Shown here: positions 1 to 14,100 of the stretch, in pieces
Numbering within the stretch: the stretch's first letter is position 1
Layout of the letters: each line of letters begins with the position of its first letter
From: the human T2T-CHM13v2.0 reference genome, Homo sapiens
Length of the DNA stretch: 64,000 bases
Assembly (NCBI RefSeq): GCF_009914755.1
Contig: NC_060925.1
Strand: one strand, 5' to 3'
Notes under the pieces: model-generated
What the model saw: only the letters and a program-made list of their open reading frames with translations
What the model was told of the DNA's origin: nothing
Databases searched by the model: none
Program-made: the position numbers and the translations under genes

Positions 1-17
1 TCATTGAACGGAATTGA

Positions 18-1793
18 ATGGAATCGTCATCGAATGAATTGACTGCAATCATCGAATGGTCTCGAATGGAATCATCTTCAAATGGAATGGAATGGAATCA
101 TCGCATAGAATCGAATGGAATTATCATCGAATGGAATCGAATGGAATCAACATCAAACGGAAAAAAACGGAATTATCGAATGGAATCGAAGAGAATCATC
201 GAATGGACCCGAATGGAATCATCTAATGGAATGGAATGGAATAATCCATGGACTCGAATGCAATCATCATCGAATGGAATCGAATGGAATCATCGAATGG
301 ACTCGAATGGAATAATCATTGAACGGAATCGAATGGAATCATCATCGGATGGAAATGAATGGAATCATCATCGAATGGAATCGAATAGAATTATGGAATG
401 AAATCCAGTGTGATCATCATCGAATGGACCCGAATGGAATCATCATCCAACGGAAGCTAATGGAATCAACATCGAATGAATCGAATGGAAACACCATCGA
501 ATTGAAACGAATGGAATTATCATGAAATTGAAATGGATGGACTCATCATCGAATGGATTCGAATGGAATCATCGAATAAAATTGATTGAAATCATCATCG
601 AATGGAATCGAATGGTATCATTGAATGGAATCGAATGGAATCATCATCAGATGGGAATGAATGGAATCGTCATAGAATGGAATCGAATGGATTCATTGAA
701 TGGAATCAGATGGAATCATCGAATGGACTGGAATGGAATCATTGAATGGACTCGAAAGGGATCATTATTGAATGGAATTGAATGGAATCATCGAATGGTC
801 TCGATTGGAATCATTATCAAATGGAATCGAATGGAATCACCGAATAGAATCGAATGGAACAATCATCGAATGGACTCAAATGGAATTATCCTCCAATGGA
901 ATCGAATGGAATTATCGAATGCAATCGAATGGAATTATCGAATGCAATCGAATAGAATCATCGAATGGACTCGAATGGAATCATCGAATGGAATGGAATG
1001 GAACAGTCAATGAACTCGAATGGAATCATCATTGAATGGAATCGAATGGAATCATCGAGTGGAATCGAATGGAATTATGATCAAATGGAATCGAATGTAA
1101 TCCTCATCAAATGGAATCAAAAATAACCATCATCAATTGGTATTGAATGGAATTGTCATCAAATGGAATTCAAAGGAATCATCATCAAATGGAACCGAAT
1201 GGAATCCTCATTGAATGGAAATGAAAGGGGTCATCATCTAATGGAATCGCATGGAATCATCATCAAATGGAATCGAATGGAATCATCATCAAATGGAATC
1301 TAATGGAATCATTGAACAGAATTGAATGGAATCGTCATCGAATGAATTGAATGCAATCATCGAATGGTCTCGAATGGAATCATCTTCTAATGGAAAGGAA
1401 TGGAATCATCGCATAGAATCGAATGGAATTATCATCGAATGGAATCGAATGGTATCAACACCAAACGGAAAAAAACGGAATTATCGAATGGAATCGAAGA
1501 GAATCTTCGAACGGACCCGAATGGAATCATCTAATGGAATGGAATGGAATAATCCATGGACTCGAATGCAATCATCATCGAATGGAATGGAATGGAATCA
1601 TCGAATGGACTCGAATGGAATAATCATTGAACGGAATCGAATGGAATCATCATCGGATGGAAACGAATGGAATCATCATCGAATGGAAATGAAAGGAGTC
1701 ATCATCTAATGGAATTGCATGGAATCATCATAAAATGGAATCGAATGGAATCAACATCAAATGGAATCAAATGGAATCATTGAACGGAATTGA
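18..1793 (+). repeat. Representative 1776-bp repeat unit (1.77-kb HSat2 unit, probably the chr1q12 HSat2A2/D1Z1 type)
   Basis: Unique landmarks (GAAATCCAGTGTGATC, AACGGAAGCTAATGG, CGAAAGGGATC, GAACAGTCAATGAACTC, CAAAAATAACC, GAAAGGGGTC) recur every 1776 bp, as do ORF starts 18, 1794, 3570 and onward. The chromosome assignment is inferred from the known 1.77-kb EcoRI period of the 1q12 satellite. Confidence 0.9.
1166..1171. other. EcoRI site (GAATTC), one per unit, defining the classical ~1.77-kb fragment
   Basis: AAATGGAATTCAAAGG at 1161-1176. The same site recurs in each unit inspected, e.g. 36450, 37735, 62366, 63674. Confidence 0.9.
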
Positions 1794-2148
1794 ATGGAAT
1801 CGTCATCGAATGAATTGACTGCAATCATCGAATGGTCTCGAATGGAATCATCTTCAAATGGAATGGAATGGAATCATCGCATAGAATCGAATGGAATTAT
1901 CATCGAATGGAATCGAATGGAATCAACATCAAACGGAAAAAAACGGAATTATCGAATGGAATCGAAGAGAATCATCGAATGGACCCGAATGGAATCATCT
2001 AATGGAATGGAATGGAATAATCCATGGACTCGAATGCAATCATCATCGAATGGAATCGAATGGAATCATCGAATGGACTCGAATGGAATAATCATTGAAC
2101 GGAATCGAATGGAATCATCATCGGATGGAAATGAATGGAATCATCATC
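1213..2148 (+). repeat. Internal 2 x 468-bp tandem duplication within the unit (copy B 1213-1680, copy A 1681-2148)
   Basis: GAATGGAAATGAAAGG(G/A)GTCATC occurs at 1213 and 1681, and paralogous pseudo-ORFs start at 1326 and 1794 (offset 468). I counted about 15 substitutions by eye (~97% identity) and no indels. Confidence 0.93.
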
Positions 2149-5100
2149 GAATGGAATCGAATAGAATTATGGAATGAAATCCAGTGTGATCATCATCGAA
2201 TGGACCTGAATGGAATCATCATCCAACGGAAGCTAATGGAATCAACATCCAATGAATCGAATGGAAACACCATCGAATTGAAACGAATGGAATTATCATG
2301 AAATTGAAATGGATGGACTCATCATCGAATGGATTCGAATGGAATCATCGAATAAAATTGATTGAAATCATCATCGAATGGAATCGAATGGTATCATTGA
2401 ATGGAATCGAATGGAATCATCATCAGATGGGAATGAATGGAATCGTCATAGAATGGAATCGAATGGATTCATTGAATGGAATCAGATGGAATCATCGAAT
2501 GGACTGGAATGGAATCATTGAATGGACTCGAAAGGGATCATTATTGAATGGAATTGAATGGAATCATCGAATGGTCTCGATTGGAATCATTATCAAATGG
2601 AATCGAATGGAATCACCGAATAGAATCGAATGGAACAATCATCGAATGGACTCAAATGGAATTATCCTCCAATGGAATCGAATGGAATTATCGAATGCAA
2701 TCGAATGGAATTATCGAATGCAATCGAATAGAATCATCGAATGGACTCGAATGGAATCATCGAATGGAATGGAATGGAACAGTCAATGAACTCGAATGGA
2801 ATCATCATTGAATGGAATCGAATGGAATCATCGAGTGGAATCGAATGGAATTATGATCAAATGGAATCGAATGTAATCCTCATCAAATGGAATCAAAAAT
2901 AACCATCATCAATTGGTATTGAATGGAATTGTCATCAAATGGAATTCAAAGGAATCATCATCAAATGGAACCGAATGGAATCCTCATTGAATGGAAATGA
3001 AAGGGGTCATCATCTAATGGAATCGCATGGAATCATCATCAAATGGAATCGAATGGAATCATCATCAAATGGAATCTAATGGAATCATTGAACAGAATTG
3101 AATGGAATCGTCATCGAATGAATTGAATGCAATCATCGAATGGTCTCGAATGGAATCATCTTCTAATGGAAAGGAATGGAATCATCGCATAGAATCGAAT
3201 GGAATTATCATCGAATGGAATCGAATGGTATCAACACCAAACGGAAAAAAACGGAATTATCGAATGGAATCGAAGAGAATCTTCGAACGGACCCGAATGG
3301 AATCATCTAATGGAATGGAATGGAATAATCCATGGACTCGAATGCAATCATCATCGAATGGAATGGAATGGAATCATCGAATGGACTCGAATGGAATAAT
3401 CATTGAACGGAATCGAATGGAATCATCATCGGATGGAAACGAATGGAATCATCATCGAATGGAAATGAAAGGAGTCATCATCTAATGGAATTGCATGGAA
3501 TCATCATCAAATGGAATCGAATGGAATCAACATCAAATGGAATCAAATGGAATCATTGAACGGAATTGAATGGAATCGTCATCGAATGAATTGACTGCAA
3601 TCATCGAATGGTCTCGAATGGAATCATCTTCAAATGGAATGGAATGGAATCATCGCATAGAATCGAATGGAATTATCATCGAATGGAATCGAATGGAATC
3701 AACATCAAACGGAAAAAAACGGAATTATCGTATGGAATCGAAGAGAATCATCGAATGGACCCGAATGGAATCATCTAATGGAATGGAATGGAATAATCCA
3801 TGGACTCGAATGCAATCATCATCGAATGGAATCGAATGGAATCATCGAATGGACTCGAATGGAATAATCATTGAACGGAATCGAATGGAATCATCATCGG
3901 ATGGAAATGAATGGAATCATCATCGAATGGAATCGAATAGAATTATGGAATGAAATCCAGTGTGATCATCATCGAATGGACCCGAATGGAATCATCATCC
4001 AACGGAAGCTAATGGAATCAACATCGAATGAATCGAATGGAAACACCATCGAATTGAAACGAATGGAATTATCATGAAATTGAAATGGATGGACTCATCA
4101 TCGAATGGATTCGAATGGAATCATCGAATAAAATTGATTGAAATCATCATCGAATGGAATCGAATGGTATAATTGAATGGAATCGAATGGAATCATCATC
4201 AGATGGAAATGAATGGAATCGTCATAGAATGGAATCGAATGGATTCATTGAATGGAATCAGATGGAATCATCGAATGGACTGGAATGGAATCATTGAATG
4301 GACTCGAAAGGGATCATTATTGAATGGAATTGAATGGAATCATCGAATGGTCTCGATTGGAATCATTATCAAATGGAATGGAATGGAATCACCGAATAGA
4401 ATCGAATGGAACAATCATCGAATGGACTCAAATGGAATTATCCTCCAATGGAATCGAATGGAATTATCGAATGCAATCGAATGGAATTATCGAATGCAAT
4501 CGAATAGAATCATCGAATGGACTCGAATGGAATCATCGAATGGAATGGAATGGAACAGTCAATGAACTCGAATGGAATCATCATTGAATGGAATCGAATG
4601 GAATCATCGAGTGGAATCGAATGGAATTATGATCAAATGGAATCGAATGTAATCCTCATCAAATGGAATCAAAAATAACCATCATCAATTGGTATTGAAT
4701 GGAATTGTCATCAAATGGAATTCAAAGGAATCATCATCAAATGGAACCGAATGGAATCCTCATTGAATGGAAATGAAAGGGGTCATCATCTAATGGAATC
4801 GCATGGAATCATCATCAAATGGAATCGAATGGAATCATCATCAAATGGAATCTAATGGAATCATTGAACAGAATTGAATGGAATCGTCATCGAATGAATT
4901 GAATGCAATCATCGAATGGTCTCGAATGGAATCATCTTCTAATGGAAAGGAATGGAATCATCGCATAGAATCGAATGGAATTATCATCGAATGGAATCGA
5001 ATGGTATCAACACCAAACGGAAAAAAACGGAATTATCGAATGGAATCGAAGAGAATCTTCGAACGGACCCGAATGGAATCATCTAATGGAATGGAATGGA

Positions 5101-8100
5101 ATAATCCATGGACTCGAATGCAATCATCATCGAATGGAATGGAATGGAATCATCGAATGGACTCGAATGGAATAATCATTGAACGGAATCGAATGGAATC
5201 ATCATCGGATGGAAACGAATGGAATCATCATCGAATGGAAATGAAAGGAGTCATCATCTAATGGAATTGCATGGAATCATCATAAAATGGAATCGAATGG
5301 AATCAACATCAAATGGAATCAAATGGAATCATTGAACGGAATTGAATGGAATCGTCATCGAATGAATTGACTGCAATCATCGAATGGTCTCGAATGGAAT
5401 CATCTTCAAATGGAATGGAATGGAATCATCGCATAGAATCGAATGGAATTATCATCGAATGGAATCGAATGGAATCAACATCAAACGGAAAAAAACGGAA
5501 TTATCGAATGGAATCGAAGAGAATCATCGAATGGACCCGAATGGAATCATCTAATGGAATGGAATGGAATAATCCATGGACTCGAATGCAATCATCATCG
5601 AATGGAATCGAATGGAATCATCGAATGGACTCGAATGGAATAATCATTGAACGGAATCGAATGGAATCATCATCGGATGGAAATGAATGGAATCATCATG
5701 GAATGGAATCGAATAGAATTATGGAATGAAATCCAGTGTGATCATCATCGAATGGACCCGAATGGAATCATCATCCAACGGAAGCTAATGGAATCAACAT
5801 CGAATGAATCGAATGGAAACACCATCGAATTGAAACGAATGGAATTATCATGAAATTGAAATGGATGGACTCATCATCGAATGGATTCGAATGGAATCAT
5901 CGAATAAAATTGATTGAAATCATCATCGAATGGAATCGAATGGTATCATTGAATGGAATCGAATGGAATCATCATCAGATGGGAATGAATGGAATCGTCA
6001 TAGAATGGAATCGAATGGATTCATTGAATGGAATCAGATGGAATCATCGAATGGACTGGAATGGAATCATTGAATGGACTCGAAAGGGATCATGATTGAA
6101 TGGAATTGAATGGAATCATCGAATGGTCTCGATTGGAATCATTATCAAATGGAATCGAATGGAATCACCGAATAGAATCGAATGGAACAATCATCGAATG
6201 GACTCAAATGGAATTATCCTCCAATGGAATCGAATGGAATTATCGAATGCAATCGAATGGAATTATCGAATGCAATCGAATAGAATCATCGAATGGACTC
6301 GAATGGAATCATCGAATGGAATGGAATGGAACAGTCAATGAACTCGAATGGAATCATCATTGAATGGAATCGAATGGAATCATCGAGTGGAATCGAATGG
6401 AATTATGATCAAATGGAATCGAATGTAATCCTCATCAAATGGAATCAAAAATAACCATCATCAATTGGTATTGAATGGAATTGTCATCAAATGGAATTCA
6501 AAGGAATCATCATCAAATGGAACCGAATGGAATCCTCATTGAATGGAAATGAAAGGGGTCATCATCTAATGGAATCGCATGGAATCATCATCAAATGGAA
6601 TCGAATGGAATCATCATCAAATGGAATCTAATGGAATCATTGAACAGAATTGAATGGAATCGTCATCGAATGAATTGAATGCAATCATCGAATGGTCTCG
6701 AATGGAATCATCTTCTAATGGAAAGGAATGGAATCATCGCATAGAATCGAATGGAATTATCATCGAATGGAATCGAATGGTATCAACACCAAACGGAAAA
6801 AAACGGAATTATCGAATGGAATCGAAGAGAATCTTCGAACGGACCCGAATGGAATCATCTAATGGAATGGAATGGAATAATCCATGGACTCGAATGCAAT
6901 CATCATCGAATGGAATGGAATGGAATCATCGAATGGACTCGAATGGAATAATCATTGAACGGAATCGAATGGAATCATCATCGGATGGAAACGAATGGAA
7001 TCATCATCGAATGGAAATGAAAGGAGTCATCATCTAATGGAATTGCATGGAATCATCATAAAATGGAATCGAATGGAATCAACATCAAATGGAATCAAAT
7101 GGAATCATTGAACGGAATTGAATGGAATCGTCATCGAATGAATTGACTGCAATCATCGAATGGTCTCGAATGGAATCATCTTCAAATGGAATGGAATGGA
7201 ATCATCGCATAGAATCGAATGGAATTATCATCGAATGGAATCGAATGGAATCAACATCAAACGGAAAAAAACGGAATTATCGAATGGAATCGAAGAGAAT
7301 CATCGAATGGACCCGAATGGAATCATCTAATGGAATGGAATGGAATAATCCATGGACTCGAATGCAATCATCATCGAATGGAATCGAATGGAATCATCGA
7401 ATGGACTCGAATGGAATAATCATTGAACGGAATCGAATGGAATCATCATTGGATGGAAATGAATGGAATCATCATCGAATGGAAACGAATAGAATTATGG
7501 AATGAAATCCAGTGTGATCATCATCGAATGGACCCGAATGGAATCATCATCCAACGGAAGCTAATGGAATCAACATCGAATGAATCGAATGGAAACACCA
7601 TCGAATTGAAACGAATGGAATTATCATGAAATTGAAATGGATGGACTCATCATCGAATGGATTCGAATGGAATCATCGAATAAAATTGATTGAAATCATC
7701 ATCGAATGGAATCGAATGGTATCATTGAATGGAATCGAATGGAATCATCATCAGATGGGAATGAATGGAATCGTCATAGAATGGAATCGAATGGATTCAT
7801 TGAATGGAATCAGATGGAATCATCGAATGGACTGGAATGGAATCATTGAATGGACTCGAAAGGGATCATTATTGAATGGAATTGAATGGAATCATCGAAT
7901 GGTCTCGATTGGAATCATTATCAAATGGAATCGAATGGAATCACCGAATAGAATCGAATGGAACAATCATCGAATGGACTCAAATGGAATTATCCTCCAA
8001 TGGAATCGAATGGAATTATCGAATGCAATCGAATGGAATTATCGAATGCAATCGAATAGAATCATCGAATGGACTCGAATGGAATCATCGAATGGAATGG

Positions 8101-11100
8101 AATGGAACAGTCAATGAACTCGAATGGAATCATCATTGAATGGAATCGAATGGAATCATCGAGTGGAATCGAATGGAATTATGATCAAATGGAATCGAAT
8201 GTAATCCTCATCAAATGGAATCAAAAATAACCATCATCAATTGGTATTGAATGGAATTGTCATCAAATGGAATTCAAAGGAATCATCATCAAATGGAACC
8301 GAATGGAATCCTCATTGAATGGAAATGAAAGGGGTCATCATCTAATGGAATCGCATGGAATCATCATCAAATGGAATCGAATGGAATCATCATCAAATGG
8401 AATCTAATGGAATCATTGAACAGAATTGAATGGAATCGTCATCGAATGAATTGAATGCAATCATCGAATGGTCTCGAATGGAATCATCTTCTAATGGAAA
8501 GGAATGGAATCATCGCATAGAATCGAATGGAATTATCATCGAATGGAATCGAATGGTATCAACACCAAACGGAAAAAAACGGAATTATCGAATGGAATCG
8601 AAGAGAATCTTCGAACGGACCCGAATGGAATCATCTAATGGAATGGAATGGAATAATCCATGGACTCGAATGCAATCATCATCGAATGGAATGGAATGGA
8701 ATCATCGAATGGACTCGAATGGAATAATCATTGAACGGAATCGAATGGAATCATCATCGGATGGAAACGAATGGAATCATCATCGAATGGAAATGAAAGG
8801 AGTCATCATCTAATGGAATTGCATGGAATCATCATCAAATGGAATCGAATGGAATCAACATCAAATGGAATCAAATGGAATCATTGAACGGAATTGAATG
8901 GAATCGTCATCGAATGAATTGACTGCAATCATCGAATGGTCTCGAATGGAATCATCTTCAAATGGAATGGAATGGAATCATCGCATAGAATCGAATGGAA
9001 TTATCATCGAATGGAATCGAATGGAATCAACATCAAACGGAAAAAAACGGAATTATCGAATGGAATCGAAGAGAATCATCGAATGGACCCGAATGGAATC
9101 ATCTAATGGAATGGAATGGAATAATCCATGGACTCGAATGCAATCATCATCGAATGGAATCGAATGGAATCATCGAATGGACTCGAATGGAATAATCATT
9201 GAACGGAATCGAATGGAATCATCATTGGATGGAAATGAATGGAATCATCATCGAATGGAATCGAATAGAATTATGGAATGAAATCCAGTGTGATCATCAT
9301 CGAATGGACCCGAATGGAATCATCATCCAACGGAAGCTAATGGAATCAACATCGAATGAATCGAATGGAAACACCATCGAATTGAAACGAATGGAATTAT
9401 CATGAAATTGAAATGGATGGACTCATCATCGAATGGATTCGAATGGAATCATCGAATAAAATTGATTGAAATCATCATCGAATGGAATCGAATGGTATCA
9501 TTGAATGGAATCGAATGGAATCATCATCAGATGGGAATGAATGGAATCGTCATAGAATGGAATCGAATGGATTCATTGAATGGAATCAGATGGAATCATC
9601 GAATGGACTGGAATGGAATCATTGAATGGACTCGAAAGGGATCATTATTGAATGGAATTGAATGGAATCATCGAATGGTCTCGATTGGAATCATTATCAA
9701 ATGGAATCGAATGGAATCACCGAATAGAATCGAATGGAACAATCATCGAATGGACTCAAATGGAATTATCCTCCAATGGAATCGAATGGAATTATCGAAT
9801 GCAATCGAATGGAATTATCGAATGCAATCGAATAGAATCATCGAATGGACTCGAATGGAATCATCGAATGGAATGGAATGGAACAGTCAATGAACTCGAA
9901 TGGAATCATCATTGAATGGAATCGAATGGAATCATCGAGTGGAATCGAATGGAATTATGATCAAATGGAATCGAATGTAATCCTCATCAAATGGAATCAA
10001 AAATAACCATCATCAATTGGTATTGAATGGAATTGTCATCAAATGGAATTCAAAGGAATCATCATCAAATGGAACCGAATGGAATCCTCATTGAATGGAA
10101 ATGAAAGGGGTCATCATCTAATGGAATCGCATGGAATCATCATCAAATGGAATCGAATGGAATCATCATCAAATGGAATCTAATGGAATCATTGAACAGA
10201 ATTGAATGGAATCGTCATCGAATGAATTGAATGCAATCATCGAATGGTCTCGAATGGAATCATCTTCTAATGGAAAGGAATGGAATCATCGCATAGAATC
10301 GAATGGAATTATCATCGAATGGAATCGAATGGTATCAACACCAAACGGAAAAAAACGGAATTATCGAATGGAATCGAAGAGAATCTTCGAACGGACCCGA
10401 ATGGAATCATCTAATGGAATGGAATGGAATAATCCATGGACTCGAATGCAATCATCATCGAATGGAATGGAATGGAATCATCGAATGGACTCGAATGGAA
10501 TAATCATTGAACGGAATCGAATGGAATCATCATCGGATGGAAACGAATGGAATCATCATCGAATGGAAATGAAAGGAGTCATCATCTAATGGAATTGCAT
10601 GGAATCATCATAAAATGGAATCGAATGGAATCAACATCAAATGGAATCAAATGGAATCATTGAACGGAATTGAATGGAATCGTCATCGAATGAATTGACT
10701 GCAATCATCGAATGGTCTCGAATGGAATCATCTTCAAATGGAATGGAATGGAATCATCGCATAGAATCGAATGGAATTATCATCGAATGGAATCGAATGG
10801 AATCAACATCAAACGGAAAAAAACGGAATTATCGAATGGAATCGAAGAGAATCATCGAATGGACCCGAATGGAATCATCTAATGGAATGGAATGGAATAA
10901 TCCATGGACTCGAATGCAATCATCATCGAATGGAATCGAATGGAATCATCGAATGGACTCGAATGGAATAATCATTGAACGGAATCGAATGGAATCATCA
11001 TTGGATGGAAATGAATGGAATCATCATCGAATGGAATCGAATAGAATTATGGAATGAAATCCAGTGTGATCATCATCGAATGGACCCGAATGGAATCATC

Positions 11101-14100
11101 ATCCAACGGAAGCTAATGGAATCAACATCGAATGAATCGAATGGAAACACCATCGAATTGAAACGAATGGAATTATCATGAAATTGAAATGGATGGACTC
11201 ATCATCGAATGGATTCGAATGGAATCATCGAATAAAATTGATTGAAATCATCATCGAATGGAATCGAATGGTATCATTGAATGGAATCGAATGGAATCAT
11301 CATCAGATGGGAATGAATGGAATCGTCATAGAATGGAATCGAATGGATTCATTGAATGGAATCAGATGGAATCATCGAATGGACTGGAATGGAATCATTG
11401 AATGGACTCGAAAGGGATCATGATTGAATGGAATTGAATGGAATCATCGAATGGTCTCGATTGGAATCATTATCAAATGGAATCGAATGGAATCACCGAA
11501 TAGAATCGAATGGAACAATCATCGAATGGACTCAAATGGAATTATCCTCCAATGGAATCGAATGGAATTATCGAATGCAATCGAATGGAATTATCGAATG
11601 CAATCGAATAGAATCATCGAATGGACTCGAATGGAATCATCGAATGGAATGGAATGGAACAGTCAATGAACTCGAATGGAATCATCATTGAATGGAATCG
11701 AATGGAATCATCGAGTGGAATCGAATGGAATTATGATCAAATGGAATCGAATGTAATCCTCATCAAATGGAATCAAAAATAACCATCATCAATTGGTATT
11801 GAATGGAATTGTCATCAAATGGAATTCAAAGGAATCATCATCAAATGGAACCGAATGGAATCCTCATTGAATGGAAATGAAAGGGGTCATCATCTAATGG
11901 AATCGCATGGAATCATCATCAAATGGAATCGAATGGAATCATCATCAAATGGAATCTAATGGAATCATTGAACAGAATTGAATGGAATCGTCATCGAATG
12001 AATTGAATGCAATCATCGAATGGTCTCGAATGGAATCATCTTCTAATGGAAAGGAATGGAATCATCGCATAGAATCGAATGGAATTATCATCGAATGGAA
12101 TCGAATGGTATCAACACCAAACGGAAAAAAACGGAATTATCGAATGGAATCGAAGAGAATCTTCGAACGGACCCGAATGGAATCATCTAATGGAATGGAA
12201 TGGAATAATCCATGGACTCGAATGCAATCATCATCGAATGGAATGGAATGGAATCATCGAATGGACTCGAATGGAATAATCATTGAACGGAATCGAATGG
12301 AATCATCATCGGATGGAAACGAATGGAATCATCATCGAATGGAAATGAAAGGAGTCATCATCTAATGGAATTGCATGGAATCATCATAAAATGGAATCGA
12401 ATGGAATCAACATCAAATGGAATCAAATGGAATCATTGAACGGAATTGAATGGAATCGTCATCGAATGAATTGACTGCAATCATCGAATGGTCTCGAATG
12501 GAATCATCTTCAAATGGAATGGAATGGAATCATCGCATAGAATCGAATGGAATTATCATCGAATGGAATCGAATGGAATCAACATCAAACGGAAAAAAAC
12601 GGAATTATCGAATGGAATCGAAGAGAATCATCGAATGGACCCGAATGGAATCATCTAATGGAATGGAATGGAATAATCCATGGACTCGAATGCAATCATC
12701 ATCGAATGGAATCGAATGGAATCATCGAATGGACTCGAATGGAATAATCATTGAACGGAATCGAATGGAATCATCATTGGATGGAAATGAATGGAATCAT
12801 CATCGAATGGAAACGAATAGAATTATGGAATGAAATCCAGTGTGATCATCATCGAATGGACCCGAATGGAATCATCATCCAACGGAAGCTAATGGAATCA
12901 ACATCGAATGAATCGAATGGAAACACCATCGAATTGAAACGAATGGAATTATCATGAAATTGAAATGGATGGACTCATCATCGAATGGATTCGAATGGAA
13001 TCATCGAATAAAATTGATTGAAATCATCATCGAATGGAATCGAATGGTATCATTGAATGGAATCGAATGGAATCATCATCAGATGGAAATGAATGGAATC
13101 GTCATAGAATGGAATCGAATGGATTCATTGAATGGAATCAGATGGAATCATCGAATGGACTGGAATGGAATCATTGAATGGACTCGAAAGGGATCATGAT
13201 TGAATGGAATTGAATGGAATCATCGAATGGTCTCGATTGGAATCATTATCAAATGGAATGGAATGGAATCACCGAATAGAATCGAATGGAACAATCATCG
13301 AATGGACTCAAATGGAATTATCCTCAAATGGAATCGAATGGAATTATCGAATGCAATCGAATGGAATTATCGAATGCAATCGAATAGAATCATCGAATGG
13401 ACTCGAATGGAATCATCGAATGGAATGGAATGGAACAGTCAATGAACTCGAATGGAATCATCATTGAATGGAATCGAATGGAATCATCGAGTGGAATCGA
13501 ATGGAATTATGATCAAATGGAATCGAATGTAATCCTCATCAAATGGAATCAAAAATAACCATCATCAATTGGTATTGAATGGAATTGTCATCAAATGGAA
13601 TTCAAAGGAATCATCATCAAATGGAACCGAATGGAATCCTCATTGAATGGAAATGAAAGGGGTCATCATCTAATGGAATCGCATGGAATCATCATCAAAT
13701 GGAATCGAATGGAATCATCATCAAATGGAATCTAATGGAATCATTGAACAGAATTGAATGGAATCGTCATCGAATGAATTGAATGCAATCATCGAATGGT
13801 CTCGAATGGAATCATCTTCTAATGGAAAGGAATGGAATCATCGCATAGAATCGAATGGAATTATCATCGAATGGAATCGAATGGTATCAACACCAAACGG
13901 AAAAAAACGGAATTATCGAATGGAATCGAAGAGAATCTTCGAACGGACCCGAATGGAATCATCTAATGGAATGGAATGGAATAATCCATGGACTCGAATG
14001 CAATCATCATCGAATGGAATGGAATGGAATCATCGAATGGACTCGAATGGAATAATCATTGAACGGAATCGAATGGAATCATCATCGGATGGAAACGAAT

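Noticed and set aside
155-171. AAACGGAAAAAAACGG A-rich motif as a poly(A) remnant, terminator or target-site duplication
   Set aside because: It is an in-register mutated AATGGAATC module present in both 468-bp subrepeats, with no hairpin or inserted element.
555-565. Heat-shock elements from the abundant nGAAn pentamers
   Set aside because: The GAA blocks are head-to-tail on one strand. The occasional TTCGAA lacks the TTCnnGAA spacing of a canonical HSE.
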